Shown one piece after another: positions 15,252-27,821 of a stretch of DNA of 64,000 nucleotides. This DNA is from Chrysomallon squamiferum (lineage: Eukaryota > Animalia > Mollusca). A program made the position numbers and the translations under genes. Where the stretch lies: contig CM022667.1 of NCBI GenBank assembly GCA_012295275.1, positions 5,580,001 through 5,644,000 of the forward strand, written 5' to 3'. Numbering within the stretch: the stretch's first letter is position 1; each line of letters starts with the position of its first letter. The notes beneath the pieces were generated by a model. That model made no database searches, was not told where the DNA came from, and worked only from the letters and a program-made list of their open reading frames with translations.

Positions 15252-15340
15252 TCTTTAAACTTACCTGAATAAGCAACACTACTCAAGAAGAAAACCACTA
15301 AAATCATTTTTTTATCAACAGTCCAAAACATCGTGGACAT
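1010..15340 (-). CDS. Gene A: IgSF type-I membrane receptor (SP-V-Ig-Ig-Ig-Ig-FN3-TM); cytoplasmic exons not identified
   Basis: GT-AG exons with the frame open throughout: SP 15265-15340 (MSTMFWTVDKKMILVVFFLSSVAYS), V-like 12697-13059, Ig2 12196-12450, Ig3 11150-11404, Ig4 9655-9933, Ig5 8066-8371, FN3 5356-5655 (SLSWTEEFNGG...LQPNTRYLIRVLAFNKFG), TM 1010-1156 (IVVVGSGVGAGLLVVVVVVILLIFLF-RRRK). All internal exons are multiples of 3, phase 1-1. Confidence 0.88.
1407..1478. repeat. (CA)n microsatellite
   Basis: Read directly from the sequence. Confidence 0.95.
2239..2907 (+). mobile_element. Internally deleted hAT Blackjack-like element in the FN3-TM intron of gene A
   Basis: Imperfect TIRs tagggttgcatat (2239) and atatgccaacccta (ends 2907). 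An internal degenerate frame at ~2575-2715 reads KCKYKFTPDMQNKLQYFKKGKD*WEAECLVCKSRIYISIAYRG, resembling a hAT transposase N-terminal zinc finger. The 8-bp TSD is not conserved. Confidence 0.6.
5911..6091. repeat. Compound (CT)n ... (TA)n(GA)n microsatellite
   Basis: (CT)n at 5911-5969 and (GA)n at ~6043-6091. Confidence 0.95.
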
Positions 15341-15409
15341 AATATACTAATTATAAATTGTGACACAGTTTTAGATTCAAAATCCTGTTCTCACAACAAG
15401 CTATTCGTT

Positions 15410-15428
15410 GCAGTTCACTTCCTGGTTT
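15410..15428 (-). promoter_or_regulatory. Conserved ETS (CAGGAAGT) / ETS-IRF composite-like element upstream of gene A ATG
   Basis: AAACCAGGAAGTGAACTGC on the minus strand, 70-80 bp upstream of the ATG. It is identical in all four promoters seen. Confidence 0.5.
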
Positions 15429-15890
15429 ATTTCTGTCAAAATGTGTACTTCTCTCCGGATTTAGTTAATGCAATAACATCCCATTTTCCATTTGAACTGA
15501 ACTCACACAAGTATGGTGAATAATGATCACGTAAATGTTTGTTTCACGTTTGATTACAATTATCAGCAATCTTTTGATACCAAAGACTAACTCGCAGCGA
15601 ACTTCCACTAAGTTTACAATACTGAATGTATAATCTAAAACGAGGCTAGGTATTTCCTCCACTGTGCATGGATAGGCTACATGACCCGGGAAGTGCCCAG
15701 ACTTGTACAACTTATCCTAATTCTATTTCCAGGTGCTCATTCATCGCACTCAGACTTTGGATGACGAGTGTGTGCAATCAAAATTTTACAACGAACTAAT
15801 TCTGCTACACAGTTATTAGCGCGAAGGATGTGCAATAGGAACAATCTGTTTGTATTTGTAATTTAATTGTTTCCTTGTTTGTCTTTAGTA

Positions 15891-15936
<46 letters not shown>

Positions 15937-16448
15937 TTTACTTATATATCTTTTTCTATATTGATTTTAATTTTATTGTTCTTGCTAGTAATGTAACTTA
16001 CTTCACAGAATGTTTTTATTTGTTTTATATAAATGTATATAAATATATATCGGAGCATACCGGGAATGTATATTCTAATTAAATATAAAGACAACTTTAG
16101 AACATTTAGATTAATTAGAAAGTGAACGTTGTAGTAAATCAGTGTTGATACCAGACAATCGGCTATTCTACTTTTTGAAAATTATTATTATTATCAGAAG
16201 TTAATAATTTATTAGTTACTGAATAAGAGTGTTATTTCTGGTATAACTCGTCACTCTTTGTTCAGATGAAGGTTTGTAAACAGCTAGTAAACATCAGGTG
16301 AACGCCAATGTAACTTTGATATATTAATAGAACACATTCTCAGATAAAATTAAAACACTGATAACAAAATACTTATAACTGATATCATTTAATTTCCAAA
16401 TGTCATGTTGTTTTTCTACTTAGCAATCATTTTGATCATATATATATG

Positions 16449-16484
<36 letters not shown>

Positions 16485-16659
16485 AACACATACACACATA
16501 CACACACACAAACACACACATATATATAAAGTAGGCACTCTTGTTTTATTTTTTATTTATTTTTTCTTGTTGACAGTTTTCACAACTTTATGTGATGACA
16601 GAGACTGTTAGAAAAGAAATTAGCATACTTGATGGAGAATAAGAATTTTCATTGCCGAA

Positions 16660-19274
16660 TGTAGATTCTTTTCGAAATCGCATTTTTGAGCGAGGGGTCT
16701 GAGGGCCTTAGACTGGAAGAACAACCAAGAATATTTGGATAAAGGTCTTTCTTTGCAAGTTTTAGTGCAGGTTATAACTCAGGTATATTTTGATGAACAG
16801 GATGATCACCAACTTTAAGTCTGCACCTTTCAATTTCCACTGAATAGTCTCCCTTAGAAGACAGATCTGCGTCAAAAGGAATAGACAGTGATGCAGTAAC
16901 ATCGGGAGTTAAATTTCTGTGCTTTTTAGGGATTAAACAGTATCCCGTCGTATAATTTTTCGTCATCTGGAAAGCGTCCCTCCATTTCGGATATTACGTG
17001 ATCTATAAAGGGGGGAAAAAGGTTAACGCACAAATGTTACACTGGGCGGTGCCGCATTTCCCAGATGAACCTGACGCCCAACACTTCGCTTTGCTTGAAC
17101 AGGTACCGGACCAATTATCCGGACTCCTTGAGGTCTGAGGCATTCCGGATTTCTGAGTTTTCCGGTTTTCTGGTACCAAGGCATCTAAATACGGAAATAA
17201 TTCGGCATAAACGTGTCAAAATTAAAAACGTAAAGAAAACTGACGATACACAACTGGACGGCTCGACACGTAAACAATGCGGCGAGTGAATGAACGCCAA
17301 GCGGCTTGAAAGAGTACTTCCGATCTGGTTAGGACAACACCTGCGCGCCGCCACTATGAAAATAGCGTCTGGAAAAAAAATCCGGTTTTCTGGCGTTCCG
17401 GGTTTCAGGATGCCGGATAATTGGTCCGGTACCTGTAGGTATACCTCTAATGTTTCGTAACTGAATCTTGTTTTTAGCTTCGTCAAAAGCAGAAACCATA
17501 TTGCAGTCTCTCTTTTGCAAAAACAGAGTCAAAGGTTTTTAGCAGACTCACAACAAACTGGATTGCAACTAATACCACGATAAACTAGAGACCCTCTAAA
17601 ATCGTCCGCACCCATCTGCATCTGACGAACTGACGGTTTCAATTTTCACATTACTGAATGAACTCATTGATACTGGGCCATCAGTGATGAAATTGCATCA
17701 AATCTTGCAGTCCATTAGTTTCATAGAATCTTGGAAGAGTTAAATCACCTTCCTTTTTCAGAAACGGTACGTCAATATCGTCTTCACAATCACCTCCATG
17801 AAATAGATCGTGAAGCAAGTCCTTGCCGCCCGTAAAGGACTTGAGAATTTCCTTTCGTTTTCTGCGATGCACATAAAAGCCAAGTCATCGACCGATGGAC
17901 ACCATCAAATTTCGAACTCGCCGACAATTTTTCCAACTTTCTGTTACAGCCAAATTAAGATTTTTCAATTTACAATGTACATATGGCGGGCTCGAACAAT
18001 TCTCTCAAATACGTTGTTGTAAAGTAGAAACCTCTCCACTCATAACTCTTGCTCTGTCCTATCCTTCGCCTCGAAGACTGTCAAGATCTAATCCCGAACT
18101 CTGTAAATGTTCCAAAGTTTAGTCACCAATATGTTCAGCATCAACTTGTACTGGTTAAACTTATCAAAGAAGATCTTCATGGATTTCTTAGTTCTCACCA
18201 CCAACATACCTTGACGTAAATCGACAATTGTTCTTTAACAGATACGTCTGTCGTTTCATCGGCGCAAACAGCAAATAACTTACTCTTCTTGCAGTTACCT
18301 ATTAGCTGCTCTCTTGTTTCAATTTCACAACAGTGAATAAGTTAATTTTGCACCTTCGGAGATAGATATTTCAAAGATCGACTAGCCGTCTCCAGATTTT
18401 CACACAAAACATTGTTAAAACTTGATTTCCACTCGATGAGAAACTGTAAATGTCAACAGCATCAATATGATCCTTGCTTTCCAAATGCAATTTCAAAGAG
18501 GAGCCTCAGCACCGATAGCATTCTTCCAGTCAGTAAATCCCTTATTGTCGAAACGAATATCATACAGTATTTCTATTTGTGAATATTTAAGCCAAAGAAA
18601 CTGACTTTGCCATGAGAGGGTCGATGTCGACGACCTTTTGAAGGTAACATTTTGCTGGTTTGGAATCGATTTCTGAAGTAAGAAATGTCAGATTCTTTGA
18701 TCTTATAATATGAAGAGTCAGGAGAACGGTCGATTTATGTTTTGGATTCGACTGAGTTCCTGAAATTGCCTCGGCTTGGCTTATTTCAGTAATCACTGAC
18801 AGCCCTGCAATGGTAGCAAATGTTGGTTTTCACCTTCAGATTGATTATCGCCAGATTGCGCTTGGCTTGTGTATGAAGCCTCGTCAAGACTTTCAGCGAG
18901 TAGCTGTTCTTTTGTAGATTTGTAACTTTAATGTGATGCGTACCACCTCCTGACTTTCTTTTAAACAAACATGTCTTCAGCCATTTTTGGGGAGACATGA
19001 CATGAATGCTATCGTGAAACTAAATGACATACATTGCATCAGGGCAAGAACCAGGCTAAGAGTGAAACGTGTGAAAAGGACGCTGTATCCTTAAATCATC
19101 AGTATCCGATAAACCTGTTTGATGTCTGATGTCTTTGAAGTCAGTTATGACTTTCATCGTAAAGATGTCTATAGACTTCAAACGGTAACCGTAGACATAA
19201 ACGAATTAATTCAGCGGATATCGTTTCTATGGTAATAGAGATTTATATTTTATCAACAAAATCTTTGTGTAAAA

Positions 19275-19313
<39 letters not shown>

Positions 19314-19414
19314 CAGAAAGCAATAAAATTAAAAAATCATTTCAAATAAAAAATACAAATCAAATCAAATCAAGTCAATTTCGGTTTGAGGCACATACCT
19401 CATTTGCCTGAATG
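16660..19414 (-). mobile_element. Decayed hAT-superfamily DNA transposon (ZMYM1/Tip100-like transposase pseudogene)
   Basis: Minus-strand fragments in the expected order: KGFTDWKNA (~18520-18545), LFAVCADETTDVSVKEQLSIY (~18217-18280, first catalytic Asp region), GLDLDSLRGEG*DRARVMSG (~18033-18093), YVHC..NLNLAV (~17945-17985), DLYPNI (~16730-16750). Many stops and frameshifts. The flanks are contiguous in paralogs C/E (41230-41315), marking an insertion. Ends are approximate and no TSD was resolved. Confidence 0.8.
17100..17435. mobile_element. 336-bp MITE with perfect 23-bp terminal inverted repeats nested in the hAT remnant (Tc1/mariner-pogo-like)
   Basis: caggtaccggaccaattatccgg at 17100-17122 is the exact reverse complement of 17413-17435. 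It has CAG...CTG termini, TA on the right flank and AA on the left. Confidence 0.85.
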
Positions 19415-20223
19415 ATTTTATTGGGTTTCTTAATGCAAATCATAAACTAAAACCACACAGTATTGGTACGCAGTAAAAACATTCAGTATCTATATTTTAA
19501 AATTCAGATCTTGATTTAATAAGAAAAAAAAGGTTTGTGGTAAATTAATTTCTTTTTTTTTTAAATTAACAATATGTTATGTTTGCTATATATTTATATA
19601 TTAAGCAGCACCGATAATAAATTTAATGGTTTACAATTTGATTATTGTTCAGTGTTGAAGGAATTCTGGTTTTCACAAGTGAATTTTAACATTCAAGTAA
19701 TTCAGTGGTACGCGTAAATCGTTCATTTCGGGTAATCCCTGTTTAGTGAAAATCGGCTTTGAAAAATTTAACACAATGAATGTCGCTCCAGTTTTAAGTG
19801 TCAGCACTCTCCATATAAACATTTTTTGTATTTCCATTTTCACTGGAAAAGGAGTAATAAATGGTAGTAGAATAACAATGCTTAGACCTAAACTGCAAGA
19901 TGACTAAAACTCAACATTTGTCAAAAATATCACCCCACCAAATACCTAAGAAAACATTTCTAGCAGCAAGTTCAATATTTAGTTATGCTGTAGCCAGTTA
20001 ATTTGACAAGACCCACTGTATCTTGCTCGTAACATTCTCATATTATATTTGTTTTCTCAAACACAGCAATGGCTTTGCCAAAAGTGACGTCTATCGATCA
20101 TTTAACAGCGGACAAAAGAAAAAACCCCAAATAATACTAAAAAAAAGACTCTTGGAAATCTTGCAGCTAGTGTTTACCTTTACTGATATGAAGAAATGTG
20201 TTGTAGCTTCTGTTATTGCTACT

Positions 20224-20257
20224 GTTATTGTTATTATTGTTATTGTTATTGTTATTA

Positions 20258-20315
<58 letters not shown>
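20224..20315. repeat. (TTA/TTG)n microsatellite
   Basis: Read directly from the sequence. Confidence 0.95.
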
Positions 20316-20318
<3 letters not shown>

Positions 20319-20635
20319 GTATTGTTCTTGTTGTTTCTTGTTTGAAATGTTTGACATTAGCAGACATTTTTGATTTGTAAGAGTTTTAATTTCTAAATTC
20401 AACTAAAATTGGTGGATGGAGCAGCGAATCAACGAACTAAACCAGACTAGATTATATCAGGACCCACACCTACTGAAATATCGTTTCACGTACATAATTA
20501 AAAACTAGCACTTTTATTTTATAATGTTTTCTAAATCAGATTTTTTCAACATAATTATATTTATAATTTAAATAATCTCTTTCAAGTTAATTGCATCATC
20601 CGTTTGCTTTTTCACTGACTATAACAGTTGCTGAT

Positions 20636-20873
20636 CTAAAATTAATCTAATAGCAGATATCTATTTCAGTAATAAGTCAGCTAAAATTAACCTTATAGCA
20701 GATATCTATTTCTGTAATAAGTCAAAGCTAAAATCTATCTAATAACACATATTTATTTCTGTTGGAAGTCAAAGCTAAAATTAAACTAATAACACATATT
20801 TACTTCTGTAATAAGTCAAAGTTAAAATCTATCTAATAGCAGATATGTATATCTGTAATAAGTGAAAGTTAAA
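20636..20873. repeat. ~47-bp minisatellite, about 5 copies
   Basis: Unit approx. ctaaaattaatctaatagcagatatctatttctgtaataagtcaaag. Only a partial single copy exists at the paralogous site (~28748-28770). Confidence 0.85.
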
Positions 20874-21639
20874 GCAAACTAATCAGTATAACACACTCTG
20901 TACATAACAGGGTTACATTGTAAACTACTTGTCATTTTGTAAAACTTTCTCTGCTAGAATTTCCTATTTTATAGCCAGTGTGAATGTCAGTTTTTCTACA
21001 TGATCTAATTTTACCCATAAAATGTTTTCTTATAATTCCTCACAAGTTTTTATTGAACGTTTTTAATAATTAAAACTTTATTAGGAATTCTTACGCAAAA
21101 ATATAATGAATCATGATAAAAGTTGAATATACAGACAAGTAATTAATGAGCATATTCTGTTATGTTTATTAATAACTATGCATATTAAGTTTTGTTTATT
21201 TTAATGTTAGCATATACATATCTATATATAATTCAAATAGTGATAAACAGGTGAGATGGTATTTATACTAATAAAATACATATTACTATTCAGATTAAGG
21301 TAAGAATTTAAAAGTATTTGTGTTATAGATTACATATGAAATCATTCATTTCTTTCCTCTTTCATTCTGCGTGACAGATCACAGATAAGATCATGAAGTG
21401 AAATGTAAAAAGAAAAATTATTCATTTATTCACTTAGTTTATTTTCCTTTCTTTATTGTTGTATTCCACTTTGTTATTTTATTGTAAGTATTTCTATCAC
21501 ACTCTGTTGTGTCAATTATTATAGTACTGTAATAGGGTTTGTGAGTCCGCGTAGAAATAGCAAAAACAAACGCAATACATAAATATTCTCTTTATTTGAA
21601 ATTACATAATAAAGTAGTTTTACTAATATATTTCTATAG

Positions 21640-21648
21640 AACAACAGC

Positions 21649-21726
<78 letters not shown>

Positions 21727-21735
21727 ATAAATAAT
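21640..21735. repeat. (AAC)n(AAT)n microsatellite at the gene B truncation breakpoint
   Basis: Read directly. Homology switches from gene-A intron 2 to the gene-C 3' flank across it. Confidence 0.9.
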
Positions 21736-22151
21736 ATAAACATAAACATGCTCACTAAATACAGCACAGTCTCATCCACCTCAAACGGATTCTTTACTTA
21801 CAACTTCTTGTAATCTAAGCATGTTTATATATAAGATTCACTAATTTAAAATATTTGATCTTTTTTGTTACATGACAGTCTATCATTTTCAATTTTCATA
21901 ATGATTATCATAATGATAATAACAACAAACATAATAAACAAATCTTAAAACAAATTACATTAATAAAAAAGTATGACTCTTTCAACATATTACAATTAAA
22001 CTAAACTTGTGCTGCCAATCAGATACACTAAATTTAATTATTATAATTATCATTCACTGTTTCAGGGAATATAGTTAAAGTTTAAATTATTTTATGAACA
22101 GATTTTATTTTCTTACTACAAATAATATCTTTGTTATAAAAATATAATTAT

Positions 22152-24799
22152 TTACTTACTACTCATTTCTAATCTCAGTGTGTTACTAGACATTCTAGCA
22201 GTATTCAGTTTACACAACCAGTCTGTGACATCCTGATCTGAAGCTTTGTTAATTGTCAGAGAATACTTCTTAGTGGTTGACAGTCTGCTGTTTGTCCCAT
22301 CTCCACACTCTACAGAATAACTTTGTCTGTCAGCTGGAGAACTCCACACAGAACACTGATCTGGTTTCTGTCTCAGTGAACCAATCCTAGAACTGCCACT
22401 ATTGTTATAAAATGTTATTAAGTCATCAAGATTTTCAGCACCTGACACTGTACAAGTCAGAGTAAACTTTTTATCTTTGACTAAATGAGACGAAGATCCA
22501 GACAAAGTCAGTGAAACACAATCTGTAAAATAAAAGATAAAATCTTTGTTTTCGGTATATCTGTTTCTTCTTAGTTTCTCAGGGTTTTTTCTGTCTTCTT
22601 CTTCTTTGTAATAGCATTATTATTCAATTTTTAATTTGGAAATTATTTAGTACCTAGTTATTTCAAAAAATGAGTATTTAGAGGAAGGTGTTCATATACA
22701 ATATTTCATTACACTAAATCCAATTAAATAATAATAATAATAATAACAATAGTAATAATAAAAATACTAATACTAATAATAACACCTCTTTTATGTCTAA
22801 AATAAACAAATTTCTAGAATGACAACTGCATCAAATAGAAAATATATTACAGAGATAAATGCTAGAGTACAGTATGTGCACTTCGATCAAAAATACGTTT
22901 GTTACATTACTGCACGATGCCAAATATTTTTAGATCGTTAGCTATCGTTATGCATAAACTTTAAACAAATGCAGAACAATGATATTAGAGAAAGCTGGTG
23001 CTTGTTTGTCAAAGGAAATAGGTTTTTCCTCTTATATATCCTTTTGAAGAACTTCAATATCTGTAACAATGGAAGTTCTGGTAAATGGGTTTTGAGGTTT
23101 GTATGTTAAATTACTAATTAATATTTTATTAAAACAAGTAATTTTCTATGAATTTACTAACAAAATTAATATGTGTTTTCGTGGGAAAATGACACTTATT
23201 AACATATTACATTGTAAACTGTTTTATTTTTAAACAAGTCTGAAATTTTGTTATTTTTTTAGTTTCATAGAAAAGACTGAACACAGGATTCAGAAACAGT
23301 GAAACTGATACGTGACTACTTTGTGTTGTATCCTCCCATCCCACTTGTCACAGATCTTACAACAACACACGTCACAGCTGAGTGAACTCCTAACTACTTG
23401 AGTGAACTCCCAACTACCTGAGTGAACTCCTAACTACCTGAGTAAACTTCTAACTACCTGAGTGAACTCTATCTGAGTGAACTCCTAACAACCTTAGTGA
23501 ACTCCTAACTACCTGAGTGAACTACTAACTACCTGAGTGAACTGCTAACTATCTGAATGAACTCCTAACTACCTTAGTGAACTCCTAACTACCTGAGTGA
23601 ACTCCTACCTACCTGAGTGAACTACTAACTACCTGAGTGAACTCCTACCTACCTAGAAAATAACAATGAACTCCCGTCTGTTAGACAGTCAGCTTGGGAA
23701 ATAATTAAGAAAATTCCTATTAACAATTAATAGAGAAGAACGGAATCTGTATTCTTATCCATTTATTATAATATAGTCAGCCACATAACACGTTAGTGGT
23801 ATGAATTATTAAATCATATTTTGTAAATATAAAAAAGACACATTTAACACCTACGATATATATCAATATATACAAAGTTCAGTTGTTACATTAATGTTAT
23901 AGAGGTTTGATTAGTTAGGTCCTAAGCTGGGAGTGAGAAATAACTCTTTCATCTGCCTGTCAGTATATTTATCACTAGACTGTATACAGACATCAGAAAA
24001 TAGTAATTACACTATATCAATAAAAGATTATTCGGTTAAGTGGTTATACATTTTTAGCACATAACAAATTTGAGACAATTAAGATGAAATAATAAGCACA
24101 TTATTTGTTTCAGTATTAACTATTAAAGATCAGTCTTCAAAAATATATAAAAATGGGCTATATTTCTATGAAGATTTTCTAAGTAAGAAGAAATTATCAG
24201 TGGTGACACACATATTATTATGATTATTATTATTATTATTACCACTGTTGTGGTTGTTGTTGTTGTTGTTATTATTACGTTAATGATCATGATGAAAAAC
24301 TAAAATGTGACCAAAATTATGCTTGATCAGTAATGGATGTCATTTAGGTATGATCAGTTGAGTAGGCTTAAACAACATCCGTGACTCAAAATTAATAAAA
24401 GTATCTAAACTGCAATCAAAGAGGAACACTGGTCTGAGTACGTCACACATGAATCAGATTTTAATTTTGACTTTACAGAGAAATATCTTTTAATCAGAAA
24501 TATGAGACCGATAATTGATGGTTTTTATTTAAATGTCAAAAATGTTTCAGTTTCATATGTTTCAGTATAACTCTATTCACTAAAACATTAACAAAAATAA
24601 AATTAAAATAAGGAAAAGGAGGTAGCTCTCGTGAGTCAGAATAAAAGCAAAATAATTTTCACAGTTGATAGGCAATCAAGATTGAGCTTCAAGAAGATTT
24701 TTTAACAGTTTCTGTGAATTTACCTGAAAACACAACACTGTTCAAGAAGAACACGACTAAAATCAGTTTCTTATCGACAGCAGAAAATATCGCAGACAT
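22152..24799 (-). CDS. Gene B: truncated paralog encoding only signal peptide + V-like Ig domain (148 aa if read into intron 2); secreted form or pseudogene
   Basis: SP exon 24724-24799 (MSAIFSAVDKKLILVVFFLNSVVFS) and V exon 22160-22522 are intact with canonical splice sites. No Ig2-TM exons follow. Intron 2 sequence runs into a microsatellite at ~21640-21735 and then into sequence paralogous to the 3' flank of gene C. In-frame TAA at 22152-22154. Confidence 0.7.
23378..23655. repeat. 20-bp minisatellite, about 14 copies, in intron 1 of gene B
   Basis: Unit ctgagtgaactcctaactac. It is single-copy at the paralogous positions in C (~38678) and E (~53006). Confidence 0.92.
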
Positions 24800-24873
24800 A
24801 ATTTATTAACTGTAAACAGTGACAACGTTTCAGATTAAAAATCCCGTTCTAAGAAGAATCGAAGCTTTCGCTT

Positions 24874-24892
24874 GCAGTTCACTTCCTGGTTT
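24874..24892 (-). promoter_or_regulatory. Conserved ETS/IRF-like element upstream of gene B
   Basis: Same 19-mer as in A, C and E. Confidence 0.5.
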
Positions 24893-25093
24893 GTTTCTGT
24901 CAACAATGCGTACTTTTATCCTGATTTAATTAATGCAGTAAGATTCCATTTTAGATTTAAATTAAAGTTACAGTATTATAGTGACTAAATATCATGCAAA
25001 TCCTAGTTTTGATGTTTTATTACAATTATTAGCGATCATTTCATACCACAGGCTAACTCACAGCGAACTTCCACTAAGTTTACAGTATTGAAT

Positions 25094-25311
25094 ATAAAAT
25101 CTAAAACGAGGCTACGTCCTACCTCTGCTGTGGGTGGGTACAAAGGGTTATGTCCCGGGTGAGTGAGTGCTAATCAGAGCGAGCTGTTGTGAAGCAGGTC
25201 TACGAAAATAAAATCTAAAACGAGGCTACGTCCTACCTCTGCTGTGGGTGGGTACAAAGGGTTATGTCCCGGGTGAGTGCTAAGCAGAGCGAGCTGTTGT
25301 GAAGCACGTCT
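25094..25311. repeat. ~110-bp tandem duplication in the upstream region of gene B
   Basis: ataaaatctaaaacgaggctacgtcctacctctgctgtgggtgggtacaaagggttatgtcccgggtgagtg...gaagca occurs at ~25094 and ~25208. Confidence 0.9.
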
Positions 25312-26312
25312 GGGTCAGGCACGCTATTTAACAAAGACTTGAAATGTGTAAACTTGTATAAGTTGTCCTGAAGTTAGTTCTAAGCCCCCGTACTCCTTAA
25401 TCGCCTTAGACGTAGAGTGACAGGTGTGTGCAATCAAAAGTTTAGAACGAATTCTGTAACACAGTTATTAGCGCTAAGAATTTGTTTCACAGGTTATACT
25501 GGGACTGTTACAAAGTTTCATGCAAATGGAGAATACTTGTTTATGTTTTGCTTCTTTATTTATTTATTTATTTTAATTTTATTGTGCTTGGTAGTTATGT
25601 AATTTAGGTATCAATAAGCAGCAAGAATATACAGGAATGTCTAATTTATTTAAACACAAAGACAACTTTTAAACTTTTTGATTAATTACTAAGTAAACCT
25701 GTTGGAAATCAGTACTGATATCAGACAATTTATACAGTAAAAATTATGTTTTTACGGTGAAAAAAATTATTAGAGACACTGTAGAATAATAAATTCCGCC
25801 TGAATTTGATACTCTATCTAACAGCGAACCTTTTTATCCAAATTTAAAATTAATGATCCCCTATTGTTCGAAATTGTAATGATGGAAGTAAGAAGCAAAA
25901 CATTTTTAACTGCAGGTAAATGATTTAATTCCAAATATAATGATTATTCTAGCAAACAAAAATATAATATTAGCAGTAAGTGTTTTTTTTTTTTTTTTTG
26001 TTGTTGTTTGTTTTTATTTTTTATTTTTTACTTATTGTTTGTTTTGTTTTGTTTTTTGTTGTTGTTGTTGTTGTTTTTCAAAAACTATTAGGACATCTTC
26101 ACAACGTTTTGTGATGATGCAGAATGGTTAGAATAGAAATTAACACACCACGGAGAACAAGAAAGATATTTATTTTTTAATTTATTTTTACAGTTTACAA
26201 ATTAAAACAAAACAATATGGGTACAAAGTAAACAGTTAAGTTTGGGGGGGTATTCGGTTTTCTGAAACTTTTAATTTTCAGATCTTGCTTTGATGTGGTA
26301 AACTTTAGACAC

Positions 26313-26343
<31 letters not shown>

Positions 26344-26552
26344 TTTGAGTTAGATGTAGATTTAGATTTAGAGGTAAATATAGTTTACTGTTTCTGCTAT
26401 ATATTAAACAACACTGATAATAAATTTTATTTCTTTACAATTTGTTTATCATTTCGATATTCAGAGAAGAAAGGATTCTAGTGAATTTTAGCATTGAATT
26501 AATTTAGTTGACCGCGTTATTTGATTACTTCGTGTAATTCCTGCTTAGTAAA

Positions 26553-26553
<1 letters not shown>

Positions 26554-26607
<54 letters not shown>

Positions 26608-26734
26608 TGTAGTAGTAGTAGTAGTAGTAGTACTAGTAGTAGTAGTTGTAGTAGTAGGAGCAGGAGTAGTAGTTGTTGTAGTATTAGTAGTAGTAGTAGC
26701 AGTTGTATAATATAGTAGTAGTAGTAGTAGTAGT
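26554..26734. repeat. (AGT)n microsatellite
   Basis: Read directly from the sequence. Confidence 0.95.
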
Positions 26735-26736
26735 AA

Positions 26737-26825
26737 AGTGTGGGCGCTGTTGCTAGGAGAGTTCTCTAGTTCTGCTGTGGAGATGTTTCCTAGGATCTTC
26801 CTGACTGCTCAGTGTTGACCCAAGT
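26737..26825 (-). mobile_element. Possible 3' fragment of a non-LTR retrotransposon abutting an (AGT)n microsatellite
   Basis: Minus strand reads RKILGNISTAELE, then after a frameshift LLATA. This recalls the C-terminal 'ELQKxxLLGTAHILR' end of R4/Dong-type ORFs. The match is short and degenerate. Confidence 0.25.
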
Positions 26826-27821
26826 ACACTGATTTTACACCTGACACAGTTCTTGTTCTCATCTCCCGTACCTTACTGATCAGACAGACAGAGAGAACAA
26901 AATGTAACGTGCTAAGCGGAGTGATAGGTACGCTCTCTGACAAAGCCAGGGGTGTGTGTTCTGATTTGTATTTCAAGACTTTTACTCAACTTTTCAACTT
27001 CCTTAGTTGACACATTTCTCTCTGATTCTATGGTCATGACTATGTGAAGGCAGGTCGTTTTCTTCTCATTCTTGACAATGATATTCTATGTAGACGTACT
27101 TAGTTAATGCTCCGATTGCCCATAAAAGGAACACTTTGTGATTTCAAAATAACAATAATATAGAAGAACATCTGTGAAAACTGAGTTAATCTTTTGAAAC
27201 ATACATATTAAATATTTTACACATTTAATCTGCTACCTTAGTTAATACTGAGAAACTCAGATATAGTGAATACTCGTTTCATCTGTCGTGAGAAAAATGA
27301 TGTCATCAAATGACACGCATCATGTCGGAAAACACTGCTCTACTCTGATCAGTGACAGATTACCGTTGTTTGATACCATTCAATAAAAACAAAAACAAAA
27401 ATAAGGTAACAACTTGTGATATATTTATTGTTATCTTATTATTTTGTTATTATTATTATCAGATACATTAGTTTTGTGACAAAATAATTCTATAAATAAA
27501 TTTAAAATAAATTCAGTGAGTCATGTTACATACCAATTTTTCTTTAAATTAAAATAATAATATTCAAATTTGGGTCATTATTCTAACTGAAATGGTATGA
27601 TTATGATCTGCACGATACGATACAGTTTGATTAGAAACAGTTCAAAGTTTATCTGTCCGTATTGCATAATAATTATAATCATTATAATGATCGACTGAAC
27701 TAAACAGATGTTATAAATGTTCGGATTATTTTACGTTACGTCAGTTCAGATAGTCTATTTCTTACTTACTTCAAAGTATAATATAGTGCACACCGTCATA
27801 TACCAAGTATATCTGTCATTA

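Noticed and set aside
17065-18122. GC-richer short ORFs suggesting a host gene
   Set aside because: They lie within the frameshifted hAT transposase remnant and the MITE.
20023-20402. Low-complexity ORFs (poly-I/N/L/S/Y, SLSL, ERER) here and elsewhere in the ORF track
   Set aside because: These are translations of microsatellites, not genes.
23378-23655. CRISPR-like regular repeats here, at 20636-20873 and at 63530-64000
   Set aside because: Units are head-to-tail with no unique spacers, there are no cas genes, and the context is eukaryotic and intron-containing. These are minisatellites.
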